DNA from: a virus
IMG/VR virus record: IMGVR_UViG_3300011115_000874
Span: 32,001-96,000 of that record
Reading direction: 5' to 3' (one strand)
Length of the DNA: 64,000 bases
Numbering within the stretch: the first letter of the stretch is position 1; the number at the start of each line of letters is the position of its first letter. Shown here piece by piece: positions 48,088 through 58,917 of the stretch. Under the pieces are notes generated by a model, which saw only the letters and a program-made list of their open reading frames with translations, was not told the DNA's origin and ran no database searches. The position numbers were made by a program, and so were the translations under genes.

Positions 48088-48234
48088 TTATTTTCCTTGA
48101 CCACGATAGGCCTTTTTATAATTTTTACTTGACTTTGATTTTGATGTTTTTTTCTTACTATGTACTCCTGGTCTTTTCTTTTTAGGACTTGGATTGTACA
48201 TCTTTGTTGCTGATGTTTGTTTTGTTTTTGCCAT
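48088..48234 (-). CDS. 48-aa highly basic protein (not in ORF track)
   Basis: MAKTKQTSATKMYNPSPKRKRPGVHSKKKTSKSKSSKNYKKAYRGQGK. Confidence 0.55.
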   Translation of the reverse strand: MAKTKQTSATKMYNPSPKKKRPGVHSKKKTSKSKSSKNYKKAYRGQGK

Positions 48235-48550
48235 TTTTCTTAGGTATGTTTTGTTTTTCTTTTAGGTAATTAATTGCCTCTACAATTCTAGTGCAATCTT
48301 CATACTGTTCATTTTCAACATAGTATTTAAGATTCTCTTGTAACGTATCTGCAAAGTATTTTCTTTCCAATGTAATATCATACTCAGCATTTTCTTCTAA
48401 GCATATAACTGTTATGACATGTATATGTTGTTTGCGAGTGTTTAGGTTATTGAGTAATGTTTCTACAACTGCCTTAGCTATTGAGAAATCTCTCCGCTCA
48501 ACCATCTCCTGAAACTCCTCAGTGTTGTTCAATGTGAATTCAATAGCCAT
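48182..48550 (-). CDS. Hypothetical protein with UVR-like motif
   Basis: YVENEQYEDCTRI. Confidence 0.55.
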   Translation of the reverse strand: MAIEFTLNNTEEFQEMVERRDFSIAKAVVETLLNNLNTRKQHIHVITVICLEENAEYDITLERKYFADTLQENLKYYVENEQYEDCTRIVEAINYLKEKQNIPKKNGKNKTNISNKDVQSKS

Positions 48551-48723
48551 ATTAAAATAAATTTAGGAACCCAGGGTCAATTTCTTTACCCTTAAGTTGA
48601 TTCATCTTCTCATCCTTCTTTAACATATCAGTAGCTAACTTTTCTAAATGCTTTGCTTTAATAGCATCATAGTCAGTTATTACTTCTTTATGTTTCTTAC
48701 TCCTTTTCATTCAACTATAAATA

Positions 48724-49365
48724 TTAAAGTCTACTAATAAACTCACTTCCATCATCTTCAATCTCAGGTTTGTCTAAACCTAACTCTAACAATCGTTGTT
48801 TAGTATACTCATCTAATTCCCAATCTACTTCACTTTGGTTCATTGGCTTATGATCCTCTAACCCCTCAAGTTGTTTGTTGCTAAATATATCACCTACCAT
48901 TAAATAATAACAATTGTAACAAAGCATCTCCATATTATCTAATCGGTAATGTTGTTTGTTATTGTCCTTGAAGTGCAAGATCAGTGGGGATTTATAATCT
49001 GAAACTCGGCGTTCATGGAAGCCGCAATTACAACATTCGTCTTTTAAATAACCATCTGTTATCAACCGATACTTAATCTTTTGTGGGTTGAAATGAGATG
49101 GATCTATTCTACCTTCTATAATATCTAAAATCGCTGGCTCCTTTTTATTGAGATTAGATACAGATAAGAATTTAGGAATACCTTTACCTGACTGATTTTT
49201 GTGAGCGTCAAATAAAGATACTCCATTACTATCAACATACAGTTTCATCCACTTTTTGATATGCTGGTAGGAGCAATTCAAGTAACGAGCAGCAGCACGG
49301 ACAGACTTTGTTTTGTCCATTGCGCTGATGATCGATTCTTTAGTTAATGGTCTTGCTTTAGGCAT
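48724..49365 (-). CDS. HTH plus degenerate HNH (Zn) domain protein
   Basis: SVRAAARYLNCSYQHIKKW; CCNC...LILHFKDNN...DNMEMLCYNC. Confidence 0.65.
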   Translation of the reverse strand: MPKARPLTKESIISAMDKTKSVRAAARYLNCSYQHIKKWMKLYVDSNGVSLFDAHKNQSGKGIPKFLSVSNLNKKEPAILDIIEGRIDPSHFNPQKIKYRLITDGYLKDECCNCGFHERRVSDYKSPLILHFKDNNKQHYRLDNMEMLCYNCYYLMVGDIFSNKQLEGLEDHKPMNQSEVDWELDEYTKQRLLELGLDKPEIEDDGSEFISRL

Positions 49366-49699
49366 GGTCTACATCTGGCTCAGTAGCGTCTTCTTCTAGA
49401 TCGAAGTCGTTCAATGTTTTAGTATCATCATCTGCGTCTGTTGAAACAACCTCAAGTGAGGTATTCTCATCTTCAATTAATTGTTTTCTAAAGTTCTTTT
49501 CAGCTTCTTCAATCTTACGAAGATCCTCTCTATCAACAGCATATGTTTCGATCCATGTGTGATCACCCTCTCCCATTAATACTGTTACTGCTGCTTTTTT
49601 CTCAACTGTGGAATGTTGAGTGCAAGTTTGCGTATTAGGCAAAATGGCAATACGTCTTGGATCTATTTCACTCCCACATACAATACATTTTCTACTCAT
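49358..49699 (-). CDS. DksA/TraR-type zinc-finger protein with acidic tail
   Basis: CIVCGSEIDPRRIAILPNTQTCTQH. Confidence 0.7.
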   Translation of the reverse strand: MSRKCIVCGSEIDPRRIAILPNTQTCTQHSTVEKKAAVTVLMGEGDHTWIETYAVDREDLRKIEEAEKNFRKQLIEDENTSLEVVSTDADDDTKTLNDFDLEEDATEPDVDHA

Positions 49700-50096
49700 C
49701 TTTTTTACCTTTATTTTCTATTTTATCTATTTTCTCAATTAATTTCCATAATTCTTCAGGTGTCTTCAACTTATATTTTTTAGTTGGTTTACCTTCAGCA
49801 GTGATTTCTAAATCTAATATCTTTCCCTCACCATCAATTCTATCATACACATACCATAGAATCAATTCTGCCTTCCATTCCTCAAAATGTAAGTAAATTA
49901 AATCCTCAATTATATGGTAAAAATGCTCTTCATAATTCCAAAAATCAACTTGTAGTTGGGAGTGTAAGAAACTAGTTCTAATCCAACAATTGTCTAGTTG
50001 AGACACAAGTCTAACAAATAATTGTTTTTCTTTATTCTCAGATGTCCTTCCACTATCAGAAACTCTAAGTTTACTTCCGAAATTATTTAGATTCAT
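49692..50096 (-). CDS. Hypothetical protein
   Basis: 134 aa; promoter copy at about 50111-50141. Confidence 0.55.
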   Translation of the reverse strand: MNLNNFGSKLRVSDSGRTSENKEKQLFVRLVSQLDNCWIRTSFLHSQLQVDFWNYEEHFYHIIEDLIYLHFEEWKAELILWYVYDRIDGEGKILDLEITAEGKPTKKYKLKTPEELWKLIEKIDKIENKGKKDE

Positions 50097-50141
50097 TTTT
50101 CTTATTTATTTAAATATAACAAAAAATAAGTTAAAGCCAAG

Positions 50142-51317
50142 TTATAATTTAATAAGAGTATCCTGATATTCATCCATTGAATTGATAGTAATTTTTAAAT
50201 TACTTAATTCAAATGAACCTACCTCACCATTATCTTTAATTATATCTAATAACTGTTGAATATATTGGAAATTATTTTGATTTAATTGAGTAGCATTAAA
50301 TGATACTAATATTTCATTTTGTTTTTCATTATCATAAGGTTTAACTCGTTCACAAAGATCAAATGATGTATTTAATTGTTCTCTTTTAATATATTGTTCA
50401 TAATCACAATCTACATACATAGTTGAACACCATGGTTCTAAAACTTCTAATAATGGTAAATTACAATTTTTAATTATAAAACCAACATCATATTTTGATG
50501 ACACAATTGGAAATTGATATTCATCATATTTTGGGGGTGTACCCCACTTACGAATAAATTCTCTTGTTTGATTATGAGCTAATTTATTCCAATCATTTGA
50601 TTTATGATTTAAGTCTGATGTTTTAGAAGCGTGTTCAAATTGTCCTCCCCTACATGTTAAATGATAAACTAATGCTTCCCAACTTTGAATTAAGTCACAT
50701 CCATTTAATAAAAATCTATTAAATAAGTCTCTATCCTCACTATGTGATTTCATAATAGGATCATGTCCACCTACATCATTAAAATCATCTTTATGAATCA
50801 ACCAAGGAGCAAATATTCCATTTGTAGTTATATCTTTTCTATTATTTTCTACAAATTCATTAAATTTATCTACTTTAAAACCATCTATAATATCTGTCTC
50901 AGGCCATAAACCTAAGTCTAATACTACTTTAGCTGGGTCAGAAGGATGTAATGGTGGCTCAATTCTAGTAGCTGATACTATAGTTTTAGGTTTCCAATTA
51001 TTATATAATGCTACGTCAAATCCCTTACCCATAATCATATCAGCATGATATATAACTACAAAGTCAGTGTCTGATTTTTCAACTAATAAATTATAAGCAT
51101 TACCTATACCAAATAATTCTTTAGATGGGTTTTTAATATATTTTATATTATTATCAATACACCATTTTTCAGTTCCATCATTATCAGCATCAACGAATAC
51201 TAATACATCATGGTCTCTAATTGAGTTTTCTTTTATATAAAAAACAGCATGTTTTAAATACCTCAAATTATTTTTTGAGGTAATACAAAATGTAAATTTA
51301 GGTATATTATTTTCCAT
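50142..51317 (-). CDS. Glycosyltransferase family 2 (start revised to MENNIP)
   Basis: FVDADNDGT, YHADM, VGGHD...SEDRDLF.R, VYH. Confidence 0.8.
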   Translation of the reverse strand: MENNIPKFTFCITSKNNLRYLKHAVFYIKENSIRDHDVLVFVDADNDGTEKWCIDNNIKYIKNPSKELFGIGNAYNLLVEKSDTDFVVIYHADMIMGKGFDVALYNNWKPKTIVSATRIEPPLHPSDPAKVVLDLGLWPETDIIDGFKVDKFNEFVENNRKDITTNGIFAPWLIHKDDFNDVGGHDPIMKSHSEDRDLFNRFLLNGCDLIQSWEALVYHLTCRGGQFEHASKTSDLNHKSNDWNKLAHNQTREFIRKWGTPPKYDEYQFPIVSSKYDVGFIIKNCNLPLLEVLEPWCSTMYVDCDYEQYIKREQLNTSFDLCERVKPYDNEKQNEILVSFNATQLNQNNFQYIQQLLDIIKDNGEVGSFELSNLKITINSMDEYQDTLIKL

Positions 51318-51996
51318 CAACACCATCAATTATATGTCTATCCCAACCTATATGAGTAATATATGTCTCTAAAAATCTCATAGCAATCATTCCTTGTTTA
51401 GCATACTCAACTGAGATATCACATTCTAAAGTAACACCTCCACTTTGTTCAGCAGGAGTAATTCGTTCACATCCATTATAACCATTAGGTAATTTTTTCC
51501 AATCACTTAATCGCTTTAAGCCTGGGTTGAGACTGAATCCATTCCATACACCTGTATATTCTAATAATACACATTTAAGTCCATCTAATTCATATACATC
51601 TGGTTTCCATGGGTGGGGAGCTGTAGTGTCATCTATTCCTCTTAACCATACTTGTAATATGTTTGAATCTGCTTCTAATATTTTCATTGAATCTTCAATA
51701 AATTCTTTTTTAAGAAACAACCAATCTTCTTCCATATGGAAAATATACTCAGTATCAACTAATGAGTAAACATAATCTATAGATTTAATTTGATATAATT
51801 TAGGATTATTATATATTAATTCTATAGGGAATTCATATTTATCCTTCACAAAATTATTACACCCAAAATTCATTCCATCATCTATAATAATAAAACGTTT
51901 TAATGGATATGTATTCATTTCAAAAAAACTATCTAAAGTTTTCTCTAATAAATCAGCTCTATTACAAGCTGTCAAAACTACTGTTACTTCTTTCAT
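51307..51996 (-). CDS. Glycosyltransferase family 2-like
   Basis: TACNR.DLL..TL.S, IIDDG, FHMEEDW, FSLNP, HIG. Confidence 0.75.
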   Translation of the reverse strand: MKEVTVVLTACNRADLLEKTLDSFFEMNTYPLKRFIIIDDGMNFGCNNFVKDKYEFPIELIYNNPKLYQIKSIDYVYSLVDTEYIFHMEEDWLFLKKEFIEDSMKILEADSNILQVWLRGIDDTTAPHPWKPDVYELDGLKCVLLEYTGVWNGFSLNPGLKRLSDWKKLPNGYNGCERITPAEQSGGVTLECDISVEYAKQGMIAMRFLETYITHIGWDRHIIDGVDGK

Positions 51997-52873
51997 AAAA
52001 TTTATTTATTTCTATTGGAAAATTCTCATGAGCTATTTTAGTAAACTCATTTTTCTTACTTATACTTGATATATATTTTTTAATAGTTTCATTAGGTCGG
52101 TGAGTATAACTTTCACCTATTATATGATTTTCTAATACAAATTGAAATACATCTTTTCCTTTTTGTCTTAAAATATTACAACACTCAGTCACATATGTGT
52201 CTTCTAAACCATAATGTCCTAAAGACTCAGGTATATTAGTTTTAATTAAAAGATCTTTAGAAATTAAAGTAAACCACCCACCCGCAAATTTAAATGTAGG
52301 GATTGGTTTTACTTCTATTTCCCCAACATCAGGTAAAGTATCTTTATACACATCTGCTACTAATTCATAATCTAAAGGATGATTTAAAAATGCTTTATTA
52401 ACAATTACATCCCAAGTGTTGTCCCATTGTTTTACAAACTGAGGTGTAAGAACAAACATATCAATATTTGATTCTTTAATTGTTTGGTAAGCTGAGGTCA
52501 TGTAACTTAAAGTAGTATCTTTAAATATAAAATCACAATCCAACCATATAAAGAAATCAGCATCACTATTATTTTGTAGACTATATCTTCTTTGAGATAC
52601 ACATCCAAGTATATCTTCATCACCCCATATTAGGGTCCATTCACACCAATCTAAAAACTTAGTAACTAACTCTTCAGTTCTTTCTTTAATATACTCTTTA
52701 GGTAATTTAGTCTCACTCCAATTAGTTAATTCATCAGACAAACACATAGTAATTTCTACTTTGTATTTAGTTGTGTTATCAAGGTAAATAGAATTTCTTT
52801 TTAGATTATATAATGTTAAAGCTAAATCCTCTAATTCTTGGGGTAAAGCAAATATAGTTATAACTCCTTTCAT
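51962..52873 (-). CDS. GT-A fold glycosyltransferase-like
   Basis: IWLDCD (DxD motif), GHYGLED. Confidence 0.6.
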   Translation of the reverse strand: MKGVITIFALPQELEDLALTLYNLKRNSIYLDNTTKYKVEITMCLSDELTNWSETKLPKEYIKERTEELVTKFLDWCEWTLIWGDEDILGCVSQRRYSLQNNSDADFFIWLDCDFIFKDTTLSYMTSAYQTIKESNIDMFVLTPQFVKQWDNTWDVIVNKAFLNHPLDYELVADVYKDTLPDVGEIEVKPIPTFKFAGGWFTLISKDLLIKTNIPESLGHYGLEDTYVTECCNILRQKGKDVFQFVLENHIIGESYTHRPNETIKKYISSISKKNEFTKIAHENFPIEINKFYERSNSSFDSL

Positions 52874-52874
52874 A

Positions 52875-53588
52875 TTATCTAATTAACCCAACGTCTGATT
52901 TTTCCTCTAATGTAGGTATTATTTTTATTTTAATACTGTTTTTTACTAAATGCCATTTTAGTAAGTATTCATTTCTAAGTGGAGAGTCTTGTCCTGGCCA
53001 TCCACCAAATAATGAGTGGAATAAATCAACATCATCTGTAACATATGATATAACATTTGAAAATACTTCTGAGTATACTATCATATCTTGTTGTTTACCT
53101 ATTGCAAACACATCATAGTATCCTCTGTCTTTAACTCTAATATCTGTATTCCACTCTGGTAATATAATACCTTCTTGTGGTAACTCCAAATTAAATTTAG
53201 AGTAATCTATATCAAATCTTGTTCTGATAATATAATCATATTCTTCCTCAACTAATTGGATTGATTTATATATTGAATAAAACATACTTAAACTATTATT
53301 CAGAGGTTGTCTCCAAATAGGACATTTAATTCCACTAGCGTCAAACACTATAGGTTTTTCTACAATATATTTTTTAGGATTATATAATTGAATAAGATCA
53401 TTATAATCACTATCTGTTAATGAATATTGATTATTTCCAAATCCAAAGTTAGTTGACTCAAAATTAGGAGTTTTCCAAGTATGAAAGTATACATCACAAT
53501 CATGTTTATCTAAAAAATATGTTTTTAGACTATCATAACTTTGTTTAAAATTTCTTGCTTGACCACTTATACAAATAGCTATTTTCAT
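52875..53588 (-). CDS. Glycan-locus protein (MKIAICISGQ.R family, GT-like)
   Basis: DVYFHTW, SMFYSI, YDYIIRTRFD. Confidence 0.6.
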   Translation of the reverse strand: MKIAICISGQARNFKQSYDSLKTYFLDKHDCDVYFHTWKTPNFESTNFGFGNNQYSLTDSDYNDLIQLYNPKKYIVEKPIVFDASGIKCPIWRQPLNNSLSMFYSIYKSIQLVEEEYDYIIRTRFDIDYSKFNLELPQEGIILPEWNTDIRVKDRGYYDVFAIGKQQDMIVYSEVFSNVISYVTDDVDLFHSLFGGWPGQDSPLRNEYLLKWHLVKNSIKIKIIPTLEEKSDVGLIR

Positions 53589-54025
53589 TACTTATAATTT
53601 TGAATATAATCACTACATACCCCCAAACATTGAGAGATATCATCATTATGTATCTCAGGCATAACTGCTATACTATCTTTAATAGGTTGTTTACCTGGGT
53701 AGACCCATATATATTTCTTTGAAGTTAAAGTTAATGTATCTTCCTGATGCCAGAAATAATTTATTTGGGGATAATTTTCTTGTAAGTAAATTAAAGCTTC
53801 TGGGTTTTTACAGTGTACCCATATTCTATAAAGATATTGAGTTAACCATGAATCACTTATTAAGTATTGAGGTTCATCATGACCTAGATATAATTTATCT
53901 TCTATAACCCAAAAATCAATCTCAACATCAAATCCTTTATATAATGCTTCTTGAAGATATGATGGTGAATTCTCTTTTTTAGGGTTAGGACCTATCAAAT
54001 TTCCTCTATGAGATATTAGTTTCAT
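53588..54025 (-). CDS. Short glycerophosphodiester phosphodiesterase-like (PLC-like) protein
   Basis: ISHRGN, EN, DVEID, LGHD, HCKN, CSD. Confidence 0.7.
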   Translation of the reverse strand: MKLISHRGNLIGPNPKKENSPSYLQEALYKGFDVEIDFWVIEDKLYLGHDEPQYLISDSWLTQYLYRIWVHCKNPEALIYLQENYPQINYFWHQEDTLTLTSKKYIWVYPGKQPIKDSIAVMPEIHNDDISQCLGVCSDYIQNYK

Positions 54026-54027
54026 AA

Positions 54028-54888
54028 TTAATATTTTTCTCCAATATATAATTTACGTTCATCACCTCGGTCTTCCAATCTATTCTCAGAAATAATTTCA
54101 TGAAACATATGAATACCATATGCTTTATGTTCTCCACTAAACCATACTCCACTTTGTTTTAAACCATAAAATAAATTATGAGGTCCACCCCAAGTTGAGT
54201 TCATATCAAATACTTGGGGATGATAAGCTATCTCTCTTCCTAACTCTAATATATCATTAGTTATAACATGTAAATTAAAATCATGGATATAATTGTGAGA
54301 TACATAATTTATAGATGAATGATAATCCATTTCCCCATTAGGTGAAACTTCATTAAGAGGTAAAGCATTATTATAGTTATCTCCTCCTCTATAATATGTC
54401 TCAAAATCTGAAGGTTGGAATTCAGATAAGTCTAATTTAGTTAGAATAGTATCATAACTAATCTTCTGTTTTGCTCCCAATGTTGGAAGTGACCACATAC
54501 ATTTAGGAGTATTATGTTTTAAAAATACACTATTGAAATTATTTGAAACACAGTAATCTGATTTTAACCAGAGTATTTTACCTGGTATGTTTTGTAATTC
54601 TAAAGATAATCCTATATCAAACCAATTTCTTATATCCTGTAGTAAATTCTTTTTATTAATCTCAGGATCATAAGGAAATATTAAAATGTCTTTAACATAG
54701 TTTTTAACATCGTATTTTTTAATTAATTCAATAATATTATCATTAGATAATTCATGTTCATGGGTATTATATATAACAAAATTATCCCATATAATATTAC
54801 TTGTTTGAAGGGATAATAATGCTTTTAAACTATAATCAGTATGTTTTAAATCTAAAGTAGTATGAGTTGTAAATATACAAGTATTCAT
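54028..54888 (-). CDS. Glycan-locus hypothetical protein, possibly GT-like
   Basis: 286 aa within the GT cluster. Confidence 0.5.
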   Translation of the reverse strand: MNTCIFTTHTTLDLKHTDYSLKALLSLQTSNIIWDNFVIYNTHEHELSNDNIIELIKKYDVKNYVKDILIFPYDPEINKKNLLQDIRNWFDIGLSLELQNIPGKILWLKSDYCVSNNFNSVFLKHNTPKCMWSLPTLGAKQKISYDTILTKLDLSEFQPSDFETYYRGGDNYNNALPLNEVSPNGEMDYHSSINYVSHNYIHDFNLHVITNDILELGREIAYHPQVFDMNSTWGGPHNLFYGLKQSGVWFSGEHKAYGIHMFHEIISENRLEDRGDERKLYIGEKY

Positions 54889-54889
54889 C

Positions 54890-55507
54890 TTAACTAATTA
54901 ATTTACGATATGTGTCAGCGTCTATATTTTTTCTTTCATTAAATATTTCCAACCCACTTGTTTGCTCTGATTCACCTCCCATAACCCATCCTTCTATAGC
55001 ATAGTTATGTTTACCAGCTTGTTTAATTTTATCAAACATCCAATTATCTCCATAATGTATTTTTAACTCATGAGGAATTGGTATATAAGAATTTTTATGT
55101 ATAAAAAATAAACAAGCGTAACATGCCATTAAACTACCAAATTCCTCAACTCTAAACTCACCTTGAGGATTATCCCAACATTTATTTCCAGCACCAATAA
55201 TTCCTCTATCTTCTGTTATATAAGGATAAACTAAATTAATTACACTCCAATCTGTTTCAACATCATCATTAACAATTAATATTTTATCATATTTTGCTAA
55301 TGATACCCCTTTATTCCAAGCTGGGGTAACAAATATATTTTCAGATTCTTTAATATGATTTAATTTAGGTATGTAAGATATATCTATATCTTGAGGAGCA
55401 TTATCAATTAAGATAATCTCTCCCACTAATTCATTATTAGAAATTTGAATTAATCTATCTATAAATCCTTCAGATTTCCATAGGGTAGGTATAACAACTG
55501 ATATCAT
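54890..55507 (-). CDS. Glycosyltransferase family 2
   Basis: ISVVIPT, IILIDN, AWNKG, VNDD, YGDNW. Confidence 0.8.
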   Translation of the reverse strand: MISVVIPTLWKSEGFIDRLIQISNNELVGEIILIDNAPQDIDISYIPKLNHIKESENIFVTPAWNKGVSLAKYDKILIVNDDVETDWSVINLVYPYITEDRGIIGAGNKCWDNPQGEFRVEEFGSLMACYACLFFIHKNSYIPIPHELKIHYGDNWMFDKIKQAGKHNYAIEGWVMGGESEQTSGLEIFNERKNIDADTYRKLIS

Positions 55508-55510
55508 ATT

Positions 55511-56080
55511 TTATTTTTTAAATCCGTAAAAGAATAAATCACAATGGTTTGTTTCTACTTCAAATTCATACTTTTTAAAGTTAGCATCAATGTCTATACA
55601 CTCTCTGATATCTTCTTCAGTTAAATTTTTATAGTATTCATTATCCCAATTTTCTCTAGACACATTAGGCATTGTTTTCCAATTTGGAAATTTTTCTTTA
55701 CCTTCATCTTCTAATGATTTTACTCCATGAACTGGTCTTCCAGTTGTAGCGCATGTAAATAAAAGCATACCACCAGGCTTAAGCATTCTAACAGCGTTTT
55801 GGATTGTTTCTTTGTAGTATGGGTTATGTTCAAAACATTCACATGATATAATAACATCAAATGTATTATCAGGTGCATCATAATCTTGAGCAGGACATAC
55901 TATATCTACTCCAGGGCCAGGACCTAAATCTAATCCTGAGTAGTCACAGTTTTCAAAATATACATCTTCTGTACCGCAGACATTAAATGTACCTATTCCT
56001 AATACTTTTTTGTTGTTAAAATAATTAGGAAACGTTACCTTAATTTTATTAACATAATTGATTTGTTCTTTATGAGCCAT
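55511..56080 (-). CDS. Class I SAM-dependent methyltransferase
   Basis: GLDLGPGPGVD, FDVIISCECFEH, MLKPGG. Confidence 0.8.
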   Translation of the reverse strand: MAHKEQINYVNKIKVTFPNYFNNKKVLGIGTFNVCGTEDVYFENCDYSGLDLGPGPGVDIVCPAQDYDAPDNTFDVIISCECFEHNPYYKETIQNAVRMLKPGGMLLFTCATTGRPVHGVKSLEDEGKEKFPNWKTMPNVSRENWDNEYYKNLTEEDIRECIDIDANFKKYEFEVETNHCDLFFYGFKK

Positions 56081-56083
56081 AAT

Positions 56084-57436
56084 TTATTTATAATTTTCTA
56101 AATAGTTTTTTAAATCTTCAGGAGTTCCTAACCCCCACATTCCCTTAACATTAAATGTTCTAATTTGTTTAGAGTCTTTAATTGCTTGATTAAACACAGG
56201 ACAAACATAAAATTCATTACTCACACGAATGTTTTCCTCAATCATTTCCTCAGCATACTTAACAAAATCAGATCCATGTTTCCAATAATAATATCCTACT
56301 GTCGCAATATCTGATATTGGATTCTTTTCAGCTACCTCAGTTACTAATCCTTTCTCATCTATTTTAGCAAATGACCATTTTGGATGTGTAGCTGTGAATG
56401 TGACTATACCTCCATCAGCTTCAGTTTCATTCATTTTATACATGAACTCATTACTATCCCATTCAACAAACTGATCTGAGTTAGCGAAGAAGAGTGGATT
56501 ACCGTTGTCAATATATTCTTTAGCCAATAATGCAGTGCACGCAGCACCTTCGGTTAAACCATCTGTTTCCACTATTTTACACCCAGGAGTTAATAGGTTT
56601 AATAATGTATCTAAATTATATTTTTCACGGTGTGATTTTTGCACAACATATATATAATTTGCTTCTAGATTTAAGTTTTCAATTACAACTTGAATCATAG
56701 GTTTATTTTTAACTTCAATAAGAGGTTTAGGGAATGTATACCCTGCTTGTTCAAATCTAGAACCAGCACCAGCCATTGGAATCAAAACATTAAGTTTCTC
56801 ATCTTTCCATTTAGGTGTCATATTTATTTTTTCTTTATTTAAATGTTTATAGATATTATTATAATTAACTTCTTTTGGAGAGCCAACTCTCATTACATTA
56901 GCTTTACTTCTACTTGCTGCTAATAATCCATATGGTGAATCTTCAACAATTAAAGTTTCCTCAGGTAAATACCCCATTCTACTCATCGCCTTCCAATACA
57001 TTTCAGGATGTGGTTTACTATTCTTAACATCTTCATTTGATAATATTAAATCAAAACGATCAATAATATCAAACTTAGATAATACTGTTAGTACAGTTTT
57101 ACGAATACTATTTGAACATACTGCTAATTTGTATCCATTATTAATTAACATATCCATACAGACTTGCAATTGAGGACTGGGTTGTAAATTAGATAGTGCT
57201 TCTAAAGTATATTTTTGTTTATTGTCCCAAATTTGTTTATGACTCTTAATAGGCAAGTTTTTTCTTTCAGTTAACATATCTAACTTTTGATTTGTCTTTA
57301 AACCATCATAAACTGATAGATGCTCATCCCAAGATATAGAGTATTTTTCCCCTAATGCTTTATTTAAAGCATCATAATGTATTTGTTTTGCTTCTACTAA
57401 TACACCATCTAAATCAAATATAACTAATTTTATCAT
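56084..57436 (-). CDS. HAD phosphatase fused to sugar nucleotidyltransferase
   Basis: FDLDGVL, SN, KPHPE, EDS..G; then IPMAGAGSRF...PKPLI, ANSDQ, EK, LGTPED. Confidence 0.85.
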   Translation of the reverse strand: MIKLVIFDLDGVLVEAKQIHYDALNKALGEKYSISWDEHLSVYDGLKTNQKLDMLTERKNLPIKSHKQIWDNKQKYTLEALSNLQPSPQLQVCMDMLINNGYKLAVCSNSIRKTVLTVLSKFDIIDRFDLILSNEDVKNSKPHPEMYWKAMSRMGYLPEETLIVEDSPYGLLAASRSKANVMRVGSPKEVNYNNIYKHLNKEKINMTPKWKDEKLNVLIPMAGAGSRFEQAGYTFPKPLIEVKNKPMIQVVIENLNLEANYIYVVQKSHREKYNLDTLLNLLTPGCKIVETDGLTEGAACTALLAKEYIDNGNPLFFANSDQFVEWDSNEFMYKMNETEADGGIVTFTATHPKWSFAKIDEKGLVTEVAEKNPISDIATVGYYYWKHGSDFVKYAEEMIEENIRVSNEFYVCPVFNQAIKDSKQIRTFNVKGMWGLGTPEDLKNYLENYK

Positions 57437-58278
57437 ATATTATTCAATTGACATATTTCTTTTATTGTGCTTACTATTCTAGGAAGATATTCATTATATT
57501 GTAAAGCTAATTGGAAATTTTCCTCCATAACTTCTTTTTTAGATTCATAAAATTCAGGGGTTAGATTATTAACAATTGATATTAATTCATCTACTGTTTC
57601 AAATGTGATAACACCTTCCATATTAAAATATTCTCCTAAATTTGGACATCCCCAATAAATTGGTAAGGTTCTAGTTAGAAAAGCATCTGTAATTTTTTCT
57701 GTGAAGTAATTTTTATGTCTAGTATTTTCAACACCTATATGGAACATACTTTCCCAACATATGTCCTTTCCATTTTCCCATGGATGTTTATCTTCTGTAG
57801 AGTAAATAAAATTAGTTGGTATAGTGATTTTATCAACATTATTAAAGATATTATGTCTTAAAAAATGTCCTTCAACTAAATACTTTTTACCACATAGAAA
57901 TGAAATATTAAACTTTTTATTATCAATAAATTCTGGGTAACGAGTTTCTGGTATAAGTGCATTTTCGTCCCAGAATCTACAGTATCTATTAGACATACCA
58001 TATGGTAGTAAAATTGAGTTAGGGCATGAGTTTAATATATCTTCATTCCAAGTTAATATACAACTAAAAGCTTGATGATTAATTTTAGCCCAATCATGTA
58101 AACCAAATATTTCATTTGGTTCAGATAATATTAAAAAGTTATATGGGTTTTGACTTATATCATGTTGGGAACAAGGATAATCATTAAATAAACTAATAGG
58201 TTTATCCTTTAAATACTCATCACCATTCATATAATGATCAAACATTTCTATAGGCATGTAATGGCACTTAATATACAT
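57433..58278 (-). CDS. Glycosyltransferase family 10 (alpha-1,3-fucosyltransferase-like)
   Basis: FHIGVEN...NYFTEKITDAF...PIYWG. Confidence 0.75.
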   Translation of the reverse strand: MYIKCHYMPIEMFDHYMNGDEYLKDKPISLFNDYPCSQHDISQNPYNFLILSEPNEIFGLHDWAKINHQAFSCILTWNEDILNSCPNSILLPYGMSNRYCRFWDENALIPETRYPEFIDNKKFNISFLCGKKYLVEGHFLRHNIFNNVDKITIPTNFIYSTEDKHPWENGKDICWESMFHIGVENTRHKNYFTEKITDAFLTRTLPIYWGCPNLGEYFNMEGVITFETVDELISIVNNLTPEFYESKKEVMEENFQLALQYNEYLPRIVSTIKEICQLNNI

Positions 58279-58280
58279 TG

Positions 58281-58901
58281 TTATAAGGTATTATAGAAAC
58301 TATTTTGTGATTCTTGTTTTGATATATGTTTATGATGATATAAAGAATATTCTTCCTCTTCAGGTAAATAGGCATATGTTTTATATCCATCTAATACTTC
58401 ATGTAACTTATTTATCCACTTAATATCAGGAGTATTCTTATATATTCTCCATTGATGGTCAGGCCATTGTATCCATCCTTTATCATTTTGTTTCCATCCC
58501 CAAGCTTGTATATGTTGAGGTGTTATTCCTTCCACAGTATTAACTCTAGGAGTTAGAATAATATCAGTTTCTGATTCAGATAATACTTCTGGTAGTATTG
58601 AAATTAGTTCTTTGTTAGGTAATTCATCAGCATCAATTTGAAAGATATAATCACCAGAACACATTCCATTTAATTCATTTTTCCAATCAGCAAAATGACC
58701 TTGGAATGTACTTTCTTTTAAGATAATAATATTTTTAGATGACCAATAATGTAATTCATCTAACAATTTTTTAGATGCCTTTGGTTTATCTAATAAAACA
58801 CAAATTTCATCTACAAGTCGTTTATGTTGATGAAGGAAATTAAGTAAACAACTTACTTCTTCCAGTTCATTACAAACTGTAATTGCATAACTAATTTTCA
58901 T
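58281..58901 (-). CDS. Glycosyltransferase family 2
   Basis: ITVCNE, FADWKN, IFQIDADE, WINKLHE. Confidence 0.8.
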   Translation of the reverse strand: MKISYAITVCNELEEVSCLLNFLHQHKRLVDEICVLLDKPKASKKLLDELHYWSSKNIIILKESTFQGHFADWKNELNGMCSGDYIFQIDADELPNKELISILPEVLSESETDIILTPRVNTVEGITPQHIQAWGWKQNDKGWIQWPDHQWRIYKNTPDIKWINKLHEVLDGYKTYAYLPEEEEYSLYHHKHISKQESQNSFYNTL

Positions 58902-58917
58902 ATAACCTAATATAATA

